From Escherichia coli (GTDB lineage Bacteria; Pseudomonadota; Gammaproteobacteria; Enterobacterales; Enterobacteriaceae), in assembly GCF_041248615.1 (NCBI RefSeq), contig NZ_CP158426.1: 64,000 bases of DNA; one strand, 5' to 3'. This document shows positions 22,739 to 34,355 of this stretch, piece by piece. The notes under the pieces are model-generated. The model saw only the letters and a list, made by a program, of their open reading frames with translations, made no database searches and was not told where the DNA came from. Position 1 is the first letter of the stretch. Every line of letters begins with the position of its first letter. Made by a program: the position numbers and the translations under genes.

Positions 22739-23172
22739 ACCTGCAACCAGAATGTCACGGGGCCATCATTGACCAGCGATACCTGCATATCCGCAGCGAA
22801 GCGTCCTGTTTGCGTGTTCATCTCTTGCTGACGGCAGCGTTCGACGAAATAGTCATATAACGCCTCTGCGCGATCCGGTGATGCACCTTTGGAGAAACTT
22901 GGACGCATCCCCCGTTCGGTATCTGCGGCGAGGGTAAACTGGGAAACCACCAGCACACTGCCGCCCGCCTGTTGCACGTTGAGGTTCATCTTGCCTTCGG
23001 CATCGCTAAAGATGCGATAGCCGAGCACACGCTCGCACAGACGGTTTGCTTTCTGTTCGTCGTCATCCTTTTCGACACCCAATAACACCAAAAGTCCCGC
23101 GCCAATTTCGCCCGTCACTTCTCCCTCCACGGTGACGCTGGCACGGGTTACGCGTTGAATTAATGCAATCAT
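22735..23172 (-). CDS. dtd: D-aminoacyl-tRNA deacylase
   Basis: 145 aa [37 protein letters not shown]...SQFTL... Confidence 0.93.
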
Positions 23173-24041
23173 GGTTCGTCGTCTTCTTCTTGTTCAGCTG
23201 CTTGTTTTAATTTGCGGTATTCCCCGAGAGTGACAGTAATTTCCGCGCCAAGCAAGACGATACACCATGTCCAGTAGACCCAAACAAAGAGAATGGGGAT
23301 CACCGCCAGCACGCCGTAAATGAGCTGATATGACGGGAACATGGTGATATAAAGCGCGAAACCTTTCTTTCCTGCTTCGAACAGGAGTGCAGCGACAAAC
23401 GCGCCGACAATCGCGTCGCGGTTAGGTACACGGATGGTAGGAACGATGCTGTACAGCAGCCAGAAGGAGATCCACGACAACAGCAGCGGAAAAATACGCA
23501 GCACGTTGTCGATGACAGTATTGAGATCGCTCGCCCAGCGCAGGGAGAGCAAATAGGAACTGATCGCCAGACTGGCCCCTGCCAGCAGCGGCCCCAGCGT
23601 TAAAATCATCCAGTACACGGCAAACGAGTAAATTTTTGGTCGCGCTCGTTTACTGCGCCAGATGGTATTCAACGCGCTATCGATGGAGTACATCAACAAT
23701 AACGCCGTGACGATCAGCCCGCACGCCCCAACGGCGGTCATCTTGTTGGAATTGGCAACAAATTGTTCGATATACCGCTGAATAACATCGCCAGTAGCAG
23801 GCAGAAAGTTGGCAAAAATAAAGTGACGCAACTGAATGCTGACGTCGGAAAACATGGGAAAAGCGGCGAAAAGCGCAAAAACAACGGCAACAAGCGGCAC
23901 TAATGAGAGCAACGAAACATAGGCAAGGTTACCTGCCAGGGTTGTCATGTTGTCCTCATCAATGCGTTGCCAGAGTAGTTTTAGCCAGGCCCATAGTGGA
24001 CGGGTACGGTGCCTGGCTTTGTCCTGAATGGTTTTTAGCAT
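23169..24041 (-). CDS. yihY: YihY/BrkB-family inner-membrane protein
   Basis: 290 aa polytopic membrane protein [26 protein letters not shown]... Confidence 0.88.
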
Positions 24042-24634
24042 AACACCTTCGCGAAATAGTCCGGGATGGTGGTTTTATCTTTCACCAGAATACTGGTAAT
24101 GCCTAGCTGATTAGCTCCTTCTATATTATCGGCGTTATCGTCGAAAAAGACCGTATCGCTGGGTGAAAAACCTTCCGCCTGCAAAACATGCTGGTAAATT
24201 CGTGCTTCGGGTTTGCGCATCCCCAGATCTTGCGACAGATAGATATGGTCAGCAGCATCACGAATTTCCGGATATTCTTCCGGCCAGAAGGTGGTATGCA
24301 GGCGGTTGGTATTGGAAAGCACCACCACGCGATGCCCCTGCTCACGCAGTTTATGCATGATGGCGATCACTTCCGGGCGCAGCGCGACAAACACCGCCTG
24401 CCAGCCGTGAGAGAACTGCTCGTAGCTTAGCGGCAGGGCCATCTCATGACACAGCGCCTCTGCGAACGCTTCGTCGCTAATTTCCCCACGCTCATGCTGA
24501 TGAAACGCCTCCCCCATGTGGAAACTCTTCTTAAGCGTAGCCAGTGGAACACGCGTTAAATCGCTCCAGGCTCCCAGCACACGGTTAAAGTCGATATCGA
24601 CAATCACATTACCTAAATCAAAGATATAGAGCAT
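24035..24634 (-). CDS. yihX: HAD-family alpha-D-glucose-1-phosphate phosphatase YihX
   Basis: 199 aa from [16 protein letters not shown] (HAD motif I DxG-type); track ORF extends 7 codons upstream. Confidence 0.88.
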
Positions 24635-24732
24635 TTTTGCCTCCTTTCGCGCCACAAGAAATTAACTGTAGCGGGAAAGGATGGGTTTGGCTATGTGGTC
24701 AGGTATGAAGCAAGGTCAACGGTCACAAAATT

Positions 24733-25518
24733 CTACGCGTCTTCCTGGGGAAGGATGATTTCAATTTGGCTGTCTTGTAAGCGTGATTTTAGCGCAGCGG
24801 GCGGCAGCTCGTCGGTAAAGAGCGCAGTGACCTGTGCCACGTTACCAATTTCAACCGCCGCCGAAGCATGATACTTAGTGTGATCGGCGACCAGCAGAAT
24901 ATTTCTCGCGTGCGCCATCATCGTTTTCACCACGTTAGCTTCGTTTACATCAAACTCCATCAACGCGCCATCGCTCTCAATCGCCCCAACGCTTGTTACC
25001 AGATAATCAGCACGAAAATCAGCCACAAAGGACGCCGCTGAAGGGCCAATGATCCCGCTATTATGAGAGCGCAACGTACCGCCGGGCACCATCACTTCAA
25101 AGCGCGGGTTGTGGTAAAGAATATGCGCCACACGCAGGCTGTTGGTGATTATCCGCAAATGATTGTGGTTAAGTAACGCCCGGGCGACATGTTCAACGGT
25201 CGTACCAATGGTGATAAATATTGTTGAACCATCAGGAATATAGTCTGCCACCGCTTCGGCAATCGCTTTTTTCTCTTCAGTTTGCGAAACCTCACGCTGC
25301 TCAAACGCCGTATTAACGACGCTGGAGGCCCGACCCGCGCCACCGTGATGGCGCGTGATCAGCCCTTGCTCGCTTAATTTACGAATATCCCGGCGGACCG
25401 TCTGCGTGGAGACATCCAGCAGATTTGCCAGCTCATCAATATTCATATACCCACGCTCGGCGATCAGCATGAGGAGTTGGTCGTGCCGCGGGTTACCGGT
25501 TAGTTCGGTAAGGCTCAT
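24733..25518 (-). CDS. csqR: DeoR-family repressor of the sulfoquinovose cluster
   Basis: 261 aa from MSLTELTGNPRHDQLLMLIAERGYMNIDELANLLDVSTQTVRRDIRKL (DeoR HTH plus sugar-binding domain); adjacent to yihV. Confidence 0.85.
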   Translation of the reverse strand: MSLTELTGNPRHDQLLMLIAERGYMNIDELANLLDVSTQTVRRDIRKLSEQGLITRHHGGAGRASSVVNTAFEQREVSQTEEKKAIAEAVADYIPDGSTIFITIGTTVEHVARALLNHNHLRIITNSLRVAHILYHNPRFEVMVPGGTLRSHNSGIIGPSAASFVADFRADYLVTSVGAIESDGALMEFDVNEANVVKTMMAHARNILLVADHTKYHASAAVEIGNVAQVTALFTDELPPAALKSRLQDSQIEIILPQEDA

Positions 25519-25551
25519 GAAAATTCCTCGAAAAACCATCACCCTGGCATT

Positions 25552-26448
25552 TTATACAAAAAGTGACAAAAAAGATCGGGTTTGATCACAGTCAGGGATC
25601 CCGGCTCGTCCACCGGGACGCGTGCATTTCAACGCCGCTACACCGCTGGCGAAGCGGACTGACTCCGCTAAATCCCCATCTGTTGCCAGCGCCACCGCCA
25701 ATGCGCCGTGAAAAACATCACCCGCACCGGTGGTATCTACCACATCAACTTTGAAGGCCGGTTGATGTTGACGTCCGCCATTTTCCAGCCAGTCACAGCC
25801 TGCGCTGCCCTGGGTCACATAGACATGACCATTTGTGAGCGTTTGTGCCTGTTTTAGCGCACTGGCCATCTCTTTCACGCCCGTTAAGCGCACCAGACCC
25901 GGTTCTGAAAAGGCCGCGTGATCGCTTAATGCCACCAGCTCGCTGATATCCTGCGGCGTAATGTCCCCGTCCAGAACGGTCATCACGCCCGCCTGCCGGG
26001 CCAGAGTGAAGGCTTTTTTAGCACCGTCGTGCCAGCGTACATCTGCCAGCACAACATCCCACTGAGAGAAATCAATTTCCTCCAACCACTCTGCGTCAGG
26101 CAGCAGGTCCGGGCTGGGGTAGTTAATGATTATCCGCTCGCCTTTGGCATCCACCATGATGGCGGATTGCGAGGATTTCGCCTGGTTATACCGTTTGGTG
26201 TAACGGGTGTTAACGCCCCAGGATTCCAGCTCTGCCAGCAGGCTGTTGCCCGTGTCGTCATCACCTACGCGACCAATAAAATCAACCTGCGCCCCCAGCC
26301 TTGCCGCCGCAACCGCTGCCGTCGCCGCTGGCCCGCCACCAACTTCCGTATAATTTCTCGCCACGTATTTACCGCTCTCCGTCGGTAATCCTTCCACGTA
26401 ATAAATACGATCCATCACGGTAATACCTACACAAGCAACACGAATCAT
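25552..26448 (-). CDS. yihV: Sulfofructose kinase (PfkB/ribokinase family)
   Basis: 298 aa from MIRVACVGITVMDRIYYV...; PfkB-family signature DTTGAGD. Confidence 0.85.
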   Translation of the reverse strand: MIRVACVGITVMDRIYYVEGLPTESGKYVARNYTEVGGGPAATAAVAAARLGAQVDFIGRVGDDDTGNSLLAELESWGVNTRYTKRYNQAKSSQSAIMVDAKGERIIINYPSPDLLPDAEWLEEIDFSQWDVVLADVRWHDGAKKAFTLARQAGVMTVLDGDITPQDISELVALSDHAAFSEPGLVRLTGVKEMASALKQAQTLTNGHVYVTQGSAGCDWLENGGRQHQPAFKVDVVDTTGAGDVFHGALAVALATDGDLAESVRFASGVAALKCTRPGGRAGIPDCDQTRSFLSLFV

Positions 26449-26615
26449 GGTCATTCCTTAAGCATTTTGGGATGCGTTCATTTTAATTTCACCAATTGTT
26501 TAAAAAGTGACGGCTGTCAATTTTTTGACGATAAATTACAAATACGATCAAAAAAAGACAAGCAAAGCATGTCATAAATGACAAAAAGTGACATCACTGT
26601 ATTCAGGAGAGGGTT

Positions 26616-27512
26616 ATGGCAGCAATCGCGTTTATCGGTTTAGGACAAATGGGTTCGCCAATGGCGAGCAATTTATTGCAGCAAGGGCATCAACTTCGCG
26701 TCTTTGATGTGAACGCCGAAGCTGTGCGGCATCTGGTAGACAAAGGTGCGACTCCCGCCGCCAACCCGGCGCAGGCCGCTAAAGATGCCGAATTTATCAT
26801 TACCATGTTGCCGAATGGCGATCTGGTGCGCAGCGTGTTGTTCGGTGAAAACGGCGTTTGCGAAAGCTTATCTACCGATGCGCTGGTCATCGATATGTCG
26901 ACCATCCATCCGCTGCAAACCGATAAATTGATTGCCGATATGCAAGCCAAAGGCTTCAGCATGATGGATGTTCCGGTAGGCCGTACTTCTGCAAATGCCA
27001 TTACCGGTACTCTGTTACTGCTGGCTGGCGGCACCGCTGAACAAGTTGAACGCGCCACACCGATCCTGATGGCGATGGGCAGTGAGTTGATCAACGCGGG
27101 CGGTCCGGGCATGGGGATCCGCGTTAAGCTCATCAACAACTACATGAGCATCGCGCTCAATGCGCTTTCGGCAGAAGCCGCTGTTTTGTGCGAAGCCCTG
27201 AATCTTCCCTTCGATGTTGCCGTCAAGGTGATGAGCGGCACCGCCGCCGGTAAAGGCCACTTCACCACTTCCTGGCCAAACAAAGTCCTCAGCGGGGATC
27301 TTTCTCCCGCCTTCATGATCGATCTTGCCCATAAGGATCTTGGTATCGCCCTTGATGTCGCCAACCAGCTGCATGTGCCAATGCCGCTGGGGGCCGCCTC
27401 ACGGGAGGTTTATAGCCAGGCGCGCGCAGCGGGTCGCGGTCGCCAGGACTGGTCCGCCATTCTGGAACAGGTCCGTGTCAGTGCCGGGATGACTGCCAAA
27501 GTAAAAATGTAA
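26616..27512 (+). CDS. yihU: 3-sulfolactaldehyde reductase (HIBADH family)
   Basis: 298 aa [21 protein letters not shown]... Rossmann GxGxxG dehydrogenase. Confidence 0.88.
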   Translation: MAAIAFIGLGQMGSPMASNLLQQGHQLRVFDVNAEAVRHLVDKGATPAANPAQAAKDAEFIITMLPNGDLVRSVLFGENGVCESLSTDALVIDMSTIHPLQTDKLIADMQAKGFSMMDVPVGRTSANAITGTLLLLAGGTAEQVERATPILMAMGSELINAGGPGMGIRVKLINNYMSIALNALSAEAAVLCEALNLPFDVAVKVMSGTAAGKGHFTTSWPNKVLSGDLSPAFMIDLAHKDLGIALDVANQLHVPMPLGAASREVYSQARAAGRGRQDWSAILEQVRVSAGMTAKVKM

Positions 27513-27535
27513 CGACTGGATAAAGGAATAAATGA

Positions 27536-28414
27536 ATGAATAAGTACACCATCAACGACATTACACGCGCATCGGGCGGTTTTGCCATGCTGGCGGTCGA
27601 TCAACGCGAAGCCATGCGCATGATGTTTGCCGCGGCTGGGGCACCCGCTCCAGTAGCCGATAGCGTTTTAACTGATTTCAAAGTTAACGCTGCAAAGGCC
27701 CTCTCGCCTTATGCCTCGGCGATTCTGGTGGATCAGCAATTCTGTTACCGCCAGGTGGTTGAGCAAAACGCGATTGCCAAAAGTTGCGCCATGATTGTCG
27801 CCGCCGATGAGTTCATTCCTGGCAACGGTATTCCGGTAGATAGCGTGGTCATTGACCGCAAAATCAATCCGCTACAAATCAAACAAGACGGTGGCAAAGC
27901 CTTAAAACTGCTGGTGCTGTGGCGTAGTGATGAAGATGCGCAGCAACGTCTGGATATGGTGAAAGAGTTTAACGAACTGTGCCACTCACACGGCCTGGTA
28001 AGCATTATTGAGCCAGTCGTCCGCCCACCACGTCGTGGCGATAAATTCGATCGCGAACAAGCGATCATCGATGCTGCCAAAGAGCTGGGCGACAGTGGCG
28101 CTGACCTCTACAAAGTTGAAATGCCGCTTTACGGTAAAGGTCCGCAACAAGAGCTTCTCAGTGCTTCACAACGTCTGAATGACCATATCAATATGCCGTG
28201 GGTGATACTTTCTTCCGGTGTCGACGAAAAACTGTTCCCGCGTGCCGTACGCGTGGCAATGACAGCGGGTGCATCGGGCTTCCTGGCTGGTCGTGCCGTC
28301 TGGGCATCGGTCGTCGGTTTACCAGACAACGAGCTGATGCTGCGTGACGTTTGCGCACCGAAATTACAACAACTTGGCGATATCGTCGACGAAATGATGG
28401 CTAAACGCCGCTAA
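27536..28414 (+). CDS. yihT: 6-deoxy-6-sulfofructose-1-phosphate aldolase
   Basis: 292 aa class I aldolase-like (LacD/tagatose-bisphosphate aldolase family), [28 protein letters not shown]... Confidence 0.88.
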   Translation: MNKYTINDITRASGGFAMLAVDQREAMRMMFAAAGAPAPVADSVLTDFKVNAAKALSPYASAILVDQQFCYRQVVEQNAIAKSCAMIVAADEFIPGNGIPVDSVVIDRKINPLQIKQDGGKALKLLVLWRSDEDAQQRLDMVKEFNELCHSHGLVSIIEPVVRPPRRGDKFDREQAIIDAAKELGDSGADLYKVEMPLYGKGPQQELLSASQRLNDHINMPWVILSSGVDEKLFPRAVRVAMTAGASGFLAGRAVWASVVGLPDNELMLRDVCAPKLQQLGDIVDEMMAKRR

Positions 28415-28429
28415 GATGGGGATACAAAA

Positions 28430-29671
28430 ATGAAATGGTTTAACACCTTAAGTCACAACCGTTGGCTGGAACAGGAAACCGACCGCATCTTTGATTTTGG
28501 TAAAAATTCCGTAGTACCGACCGGATTTGGCTGGTTAGGCAATAAAGGGCAAATCAAAGAAGAGATGGGCACCCATCTGTGGATCACCGCTCGTATGTTG
28601 CACGTTTATTCCGTTGCTGCGGCGATGGGTCGACCTGGCGCTTACTCGTTGGTTGATCACGGTATCAAAGCCATGAACGGCGCACTGCGCGATAAAAAAT
28701 ATGGCGGTTGGTATGCCTGCGTGAATGACGAGGGCGTGGTGGATGCCTCCAAACAGGGCTATCAACACTTCTTTGCTCTGCTGGGTGCTGCCAGCGCCGT
28801 CACTACCGGTCACCCGGAAGCCCGTAAACTTCTCGATTACGCCATTGAAATTATTGAGAAATACTTCTGGAGCGAAGAAGAGCAGATGTGCCTGGAGTCC
28901 TGGGACGAAGCCTTCAGCAAAACCGAAGAGTACCGCGGCGGCAATGCCAACATGCACGCGGTGGAAGCCTTCCTGATTGTCTATGACGTCACCCATGACA
29001 AAAAATGGCTGGATCGCGCGATTCGCGTGGCTTCCGTGATTATCCACGACGTCGCCAGAAATAATCATTATCGCGTTAACGAGCACTTCGATACCCAGTG
29101 GAATCCGCTGCCGGATTACAACAAAGATAACCCGGCGCACCGCTTCCGCGCATTCGGTGGCACGCCGGGCCACTGGATCGAATGGGGCCGTTTAATGCTG
29201 CACATCCACGCGGCCCTGGAAGCCCGTTGTGAACAGCCGCCTGCCTGGCTGCTAGAAGATGCCAAAGGTCTATTTAACGCCACCGTGCGCGATGCCTGGG
29301 CACCCGATGGCGCGGACGGGATTGTTTATACCGTTGACTGGGAAGGCAAACCGGTGGTTCGCGAACGTGTGCGTTGGCCTATCGTCGAAGCGATGGGTAC
29401 GGCTTACGCGCTCTACACCGTCACCGGCGATCGCCAGTATGAAACCTGGTATCAGACATGGTGGGACTACTGCATTAAGTACCTGATGGACTATGAAAAT
29501 GGTTCCTGGTGGCAGGAGCTGGATGCGGACAATAAAGTCACCACCAAAGTCTGGGACGGCAAACAGGATATTTATCACCTGCTGCATTGCCTGGTGATCC
29601 CGCGTATCCCGTTAGCGCCAGGCCTGGCTCCGGCGGTTGCAGCGGGCCTGCTGGACATTAACGCGAAATAA
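28430..29671 (+). CDS. yihS: Sulfoquinovose isomerase (AGE/N-acyl-glucosamine epimerase-like)
   Basis: 413 aa [41 protein letters not shown]... Confidence 0.88.
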   Translation: MKWFNTLSHNRWLEQETDRIFDFGKNSVVPTGFGWLGNKGQIKEEMGTHLWITARMLHVYSVAAAMGRPGAYSLVDHGIKAMNGALRDKKYGGWYACVNDEGVVDASKQGYQHFFALLGAASAVTTGHPEARKLLDYAIEIIEKYFWSEEEQMCLESWDEAFSKTEEYRGGNANMHAVEAFLIVYDVTHDKKWLDRAIRVASVIIHDVARNNHYRVNEHFDTQWNPLPDYNKDNPAHRFRAFGGTPGHWIEWGRLMLHIHAALEARCEQPPAWLLEDAKGLFNATVRDAWAPDGADGIVYTVDWEGKPVVRERVRWPIVEAMGTAYALYTVTGDRQYETWYQTWWDYCIKYLMDYENGSWWQELDADNKVTTKVWDGKQDIYHLLHCLVIPRIPLAPGLAPAVAAGLLDINAK

Positions 29672-29729
29672 CTGAGCTGAAATAACGGCATATCAGGCTA
29701 CATGCCGGGTATGTCGTTATTCAATAAAG

Positions 29730-30641
29730 GTGCCTCGTATGCAAATCACCAACATGCATTGCAGTGGACAAACCGTTTCACTTGCCGCGGGGGATTATCA
29801 CGCGACTATCGTGACGGTTGGTGCTGGTCTGGCTGAATTAACTTTTCAGGGTTGTCATTTAGTCATCCCACACAAACCCGAAGAGATGCCGCTGGCGCAT
29901 CTGGGTAAAGTGCTTATTCCATGGCCGAACCGGATCGCCAACGGCTGTTATCGCTATCAGGGGCAGGACTATCAGTTACCCATTAATGAACATAGTTCAA
30001 AAGCCGCTATTCACGGGCTGCTTGCCTGGCGTGACTGGCAAATTAGCGAATTAACCGCCACCAGCGTTACCCTGACAGCTTTTCTGCCGCCCAGTTACGG
30101 CTATCCGTTTATGCTGGCTTCACAAGTTGTTTATTCGCTCAATGCACGCACGGGTCTTTCCGTTGAGATCGCAAGCCAGAATATTGGTACTGTGACCGCA
30201 CCTTATGGTGTGGGTATTCATCCTTATTTAACCTGCAACTTAACATCTGTTGATGACTATCTTTTCCAGCTTCCGGCAGAACAGGTTTATGCCGTCGATG
30301 AGCACGCAAATCCGACAACGCTTCACCACGTTGATGAGTTGGATTTAAATTTCACGCAGGCGAAAAAAATAGCCGCGACAAAAATCGACCACACCTTTAA
30401 AACCGCTAATGATCTGTGGGAAATGACCATTACCCATCCACAGCATTTGCTTTCGGTGAGCCTCTGTTCCGATCAACCCTGGGTGCAGGTTTATAGCGGT
30501 GAAAAATTACAGCGTCAGGGACTGGCAGTTGAACCTATGAGTTGCCCGCCTGATGCGTTTAATTCCGGCACCGATTTAATATTACTGCAACCCGGAAAAA
30601 CACACCGCCTGTTTTTTAATATTTACGGACAGAGAAAATAA
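29730..30641 (+). CDS. yihR: Aldose-1-epimerase family protein (sulfoquinovose mutarotase)
   Basis: About 300 aa, aldose epimerase-like; start codon uncertain. Confidence 0.85.
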   Translation: MPRMQITNMHCSGQTVSLAAGDYHATIVTVGAGLAELTFQGCHLVIPHKPEEMPLAHLGKVLIPWPNRIANGCYRYQGQDYQLPINEHSSKAAIHGLLAWRDWQISELTATSVTLTAFLPPSYGYPFMLASQVVYSLNARTGLSVEIASQNIGTVTAPYGVGIHPYLTCNLTSVDDYLFQLPAEQVYAVDEHANPTTLHHVDELDLNFTQAKKIAATKIDHTFKTANDLWEMTITHPQHLLSVSLCSDQPWVQVYSGEKLQRQGLAVEPMSCPPDAFNSGTDLILLQPGKTHRLFFNIYGQRK

Positions 30642-30845
30642 CTTGTATTGATTAGCAGTCAAAATCATTGAAGAACATTTCACTCGCTAAAGGCAACGTT
30701 ATGTATCATCAATTTATTAAGTTAAAAACAGCTCAGCTTCTTTAAAGTTTATATATATCAGTTTTATGAGAATCATTTTACATAAGCCTGTAATAACAAT
30801 AACAGGAAGGAAACAACCTCGTTCTCAACTCTATGGAGATTATTT

Positions 30846-32882
30846 ATGGATACGCCACGCCCACAGTTATTAGATTTTCAATTTCATCAGAATAACGACA
30901 GTCTTACCCTACGTTTTCAGGGCCGTCTTATTTTAACCCATAGTAAAGATAATCCTTGTTTATGGATTGGCTCAGGTATAGCGGATATCGATATGTTCCG
31001 CGGTAATTTCAGCATTAAAGATAAATTGCAGGAGAAGATTGCGCTCACCGACGCTACCGTCAGCCAGTCACCGGATGGCTGGTTAATCCATTTCAGCCGT
31101 GGTTCTGACATTAGCGCCACGCTGCGTATCTCTGCCGACGAACAGGGCCGTTTATTGCTGGAACTACAAAACGACAACCTTAACCACAACCGTATCTGGC
31201 TGCGCCTTGCCGCTCAACCAGAGGACCATATCTACGGCTGCGGTGAACAATTCTCCTACTTTGATCTGCGCGGCAAACCGTTCCCGCTATGGACCAGTGA
31301 ACAAGGCGTTGGTCGCAACAAGCAAACCTATGTCACCTGGCAGGCCGACTGCAAAGAGAACGCGGGCGGCGACTATTACTGGACTTTCTTCCCACAGCCT
31401 ACGTTTGTCAGCACGCAGAAGTATTACTGCCATGTTGATAACAGTTGCTACATGAACTTCGACTTTAGCGCCCCGGAATACCATGAACTGGCGCTGTGGG
31501 AAGACAAAGCAACGCTGCGTTTTGAATGTGCTGATACATACATCTCCCTGCTGGAAAAATTAACTGCCCTGCTGGGACGCCAGCCAGAACTGCCCGACTG
31601 GATTTATGACGGGGTAACGCTCGGCATTCAGGGCGGGACGGAAGTGTGTCAGAAGAAACTGGACACCATGCGTAACGCGGGTGTGAAGGTTAACGGCATC
31701 TGGGCGCAGGACTGGTCCGGGATCCGTATGACCTCTTTTGGCAAACGCGTAATGTGGAACTGGAAGTGGAACAGCGAAAACTATCCGCAACTGGACTCAC
31801 GTATTAAGCAGTGGAACAAAGAGGGCGTGCAGTTCCTGGCCTATATCAACCCGTATGTAGCCAGCGATAAAGATCTCTGCGAAGAGGCGGCAAAGCGCGG
31901 TTATCTGGCAAAAGATGCCTCTGGCGGCGACTATCTGGTGGAGTTTGGCGAGTTCTATGGCGGCGTTGTCGATCTCACCAATCCAGAAGCCTACGCCTGG
32001 TTCAAGGAAGTGATCAAAAAGAACATGATTGAACTTGGCTGCGGCGGCTGGATGGCTGACTTCGGCGAGTATCTGCCCACCGACACGTACCTGCATAACG
32101 GCGTCAGCGCGGAAATTATGCATAACGCCTGGCCCGCGCTGTGGGCGAAATGTAACTACGAAGCCCTTGAAGAAACGGGCAAGCTCGGCGAGATCCTCTT
32201 CTTTATGCGCGCCGGTTCTACCGGTAGCCAGAAATACTCCACCATGATGTGGGCGGGCGACCAGAACGTCGACTGGAGTCTCGACGATGGCCTGGCGTCG
32301 GTTGTCCCGGCGGCGCTGTCGCTGGCAATGACCGGACATGGCCTGCATCACAGCGACATTGGCGGTTACACCACCCTGTTTGAGATGAAGCGCAGCAAAG
32401 AGCTGCTGCTGCGCTGGTGCGATTTCAGCGCCTTCACGCCGATGATGCGCACCCACGAAGGTAACCGTCCTGGCGACAACTGGCAGTTTGACGGCGACGC
32501 GGAAACCATCGCCCATTTCGCCCGTATGACCACCGTCTTCACCACCCTGAAACCTTATCTGAAAGAGGCCGTCGCGCTGAATGCGAAGTCCGGTCTGCCG
32601 GTCATGCGCCCGCTGTTCCTGCATTACGAAGACGATGCGCACACTTACACCCTGAAATATCAGTACCTGTTAGGTCGCGACATTCTGGTCGCTCCGGTGC
32701 ATGAAGAAGGCCGTAGCGACTGGACGCTCTATCTGCCGGAGGATAACTGGCTTCACGTCTGGACGGGTGAAGCGTTCCGGGGCGGGGAAGTTACCGTTAA
32801 TGCGCCCATCGGCAAGCCGCCGGTCTTTTATCGCGCCGATAGCGAATGGGCGGCACTGTTCGCGTCGTTAAAAAGCATCTAA
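30846..32882 (+). CDS. yihQ: Sulfoquinovosidase (GH31 alpha-glycosidase)
   Basis: 678 aa; GH31-like catalytic region (...NGIWAQDWSG..., WMADFGEYLP...). Confidence 0.9.
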   Translation: MDTPRPQLLDFQFHQNNDSLTLRFQGRLILTHSKDNPCLWIGSGIADIDMFRGNFSIKDKLQEKIALTDATVSQSPDGWLIHFSRGSDISATLRISADEQGRLLLELQNDNLNHNRIWLRLAAQPEDHIYGCGEQFSYFDLRGKPFPLWTSEQGVGRNKQTYVTWQADCKENAGGDYYWTFFPQPTFVSTQKYYCHVDNSCYMNFDFSAPEYHELALWEDKATLRFECADTYISLLEKLTALLGRQPELPDWIYDGVTLGIQGGTEVCQKKLDTMRNAGVKVNGIWAQDWSGIRMTSFGKRVMWNWKWNSENYPQLDSRIKQWNKEGVQFLAYINPYVASDKDLCEEAAKRGYLAKDASGGDYLVEFGEFYGGVVDLTNPEAYAWFKEVIKKNMIELGCGGWMADFGEYLPTDTYLHNGVSAEIMHNAWPALWAKCNYEALEETGKLGEILFFMRAGSTGSQKYSTMMWAGDQNVDWSLDDGLASVVPAALSLAMTGHGLHHSDIGGYTTLFEMKRSKELLLRWCDFSAFTPMMRTHEGNRPGDNWQFDGDAETIAHFARMTTVFTTLKPYLKEAVALNAKSGLPVMRPLFLHYEDDAHTYTLKYQYLLGRDILVAPVHEEGRSDWTLYLPEDNWLHVWTGEAFRGGEVTVNAPIGKPPVFYRADSEWAALFASLKSI

Positions 32883-32906
32883 TCACATCCGCCCGTGGGG
32901 AAACTC

Positions 32907-34313
32907 ATGGGCAAAGGGAGAACATCGATGAGTCACATCACAACGGAAGATCCAGCAACTTTACGCCTGCCCTTTAAAGAGAAACTCTCTTACGGTATCG
33001 GCGATCTGGCCTCTAACATCCTGCTGGATATTGGTACGCTTTATCTTTTGAAGTTTTATACCGACGTTCTGGGGCTACCTGGTACCTATGGCGGCATTAT
33101 CTTTTTGATCTCGAAATTCTTTACCGCCTTTACCGATATGGGAACCGGCATCATGTTGGATTCCCGACGCAAGATCGGTCCAAAAGGTAAGTTCCGTCCT
33201 TTTATTCTGTATGCGTCATTCCCGGTCACCTTACTGGCGATCGCCAACTTTGTCGGCACACCGTTTGATGTCACCGGTAAAACGGTGATGGCCACTATTC
33301 TGTTTATGCTTTACGGACTGTTTTTCAGCATGATGAACTGCTCCTACGGCGCAATGGTCCCCGCTATCACCAAAAACCCCAACGAACGCGCCTCACTGGC
33401 GGCATGGCGTCAGGGCGGCGCTACGCTGGGCCTGCTGCTGTGCACGGTGGGATTCGTGCCGGTTATGAATCTTATCGAGGGGAATCAGCAACTTGGCTAT
33501 ATCTTCGCCGCCACGCTGTTTTCACTGTTCGGCCTGCTGTTTATGTGGATCTGCTACTCGGGCGTGAAAGAGCGTTATGTCGAAACCCAACCTGCTAATC
33601 CGGCGCAAAAGCCTGGCCTGTTGCAATCTTTCCGCGCAATTGCCGGTAACCGCCCGCTGTTCATTCTGTGTATTGCTAACCTCTGCACCTTAGGGGCGTT
33701 TAACGTCAAGCTCGCCATTCAGGTTTATTACACCCAGTACGTGCTTAACGATCCCATCCTGTTGTCATATATGGGATTTTTCAGCATGGGCTGTATTTTC
33801 ATCGGCGTGTTCCTGATGCCTGGCGCAGTCAGACGTTTTGGTAAGAAGAAGGTCTATATCGGCGGCCTGCTGATTTGGGTGCTTGGCGATCTGCTCAACT
33901 ATTTCTTTGGCGGCGGTTCGGTCAGCTTCGTGACGTTCTCCTGCCTGGCATTCTTCGGCTCAGCGTTTGTTAACAGCCTGAACTGGGCGCTGGTTTCCGA
34001 CACCGTGGAATATGGCGAATGGCGCACCGGCGTGCGTTCGGAAGGGACGGTCTACACCGGTTTCACCTTCTTTCGCAAAGTTTCTCAGGCGCTGGCTGGT
34101 TTCTTCCCCGGCTGGATGCTGACGCAAATCGGCTATGTGCCGAACGTCGCACAGGCTGACCACACCATTGAAGGGTTGCGCCAGCTGATCTTCATCTACC
34201 CAAGCGCACTGGCAGTAGTCACCATTGTGGCGATGGGTTGCTTCTACAGTCTGAACGAGAAGATGTACGTCCGCATTGTTGAAGAGATAGAAGCCCGTAA
34301 ACGCACGGCGTAA
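32907..34313 (+). CDS. yihP: GPH-family (glycoside-pentoside-hexuronide) cation symporter, sulfoquinovose-cluster transporter
   Basis: Polytopic membrane protein, paralogous to the next gene (shared LKFYTD...GGIIFL...KFFTAFTDM motifs); start chosen at an internal Met, uncertain. Confidence 0.85.
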   Translation: MGKGRTSMSHITTEDPATLRLPFKEKLSYGIGDLASNILLDIGTLYLLKFYTDVLGLPGTYGGIIFLISKFFTAFTDMGTGIMLDSRRKIGPKGKFRPFILYASFPVTLLAIANFVGTPFDVTGKTVMATILFMLYGLFFSMMNCSYGAMVPAITKNPNERASLAAWRQGGATLGLLLCTVGFVPVMNLIEGNQQLGYIFAATLFSLFGLLFMWICYSGVKERYVETQPANPAQKPGLLQSFRAIAGNRPLFILCIANLCTLGAFNVKLAIQVYYTQYVLNDPILLSYMGFFSMGCIFIGVFLMPGAVRRFGKKKVYIGGLLIWVLGDLLNYFFGGGSVSFVTFSCLAFFGSAFVNSLNWALVSDTVEYGEWRTGVRSEGTVYTGFTFFRKVSQALAGFFPGWMLTQIGYVPNVAQADHTIEGLRQLIFIYPSALAVVTIVAMGCFYSLNEKMYVRIVEEIEARKRTA

Positions 34314-34355
34314 TTATAATAAACAACGCCCTGCGGGGCGTTATAAGGAGTGATT

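Noticed and set aside
31797-32642. 281-aa minus-strand ORF
   Set aside because: Antisense within yihQ (GH31 sulfoquinovosidase); Arg/Ala/Gly-rich frame artefact.
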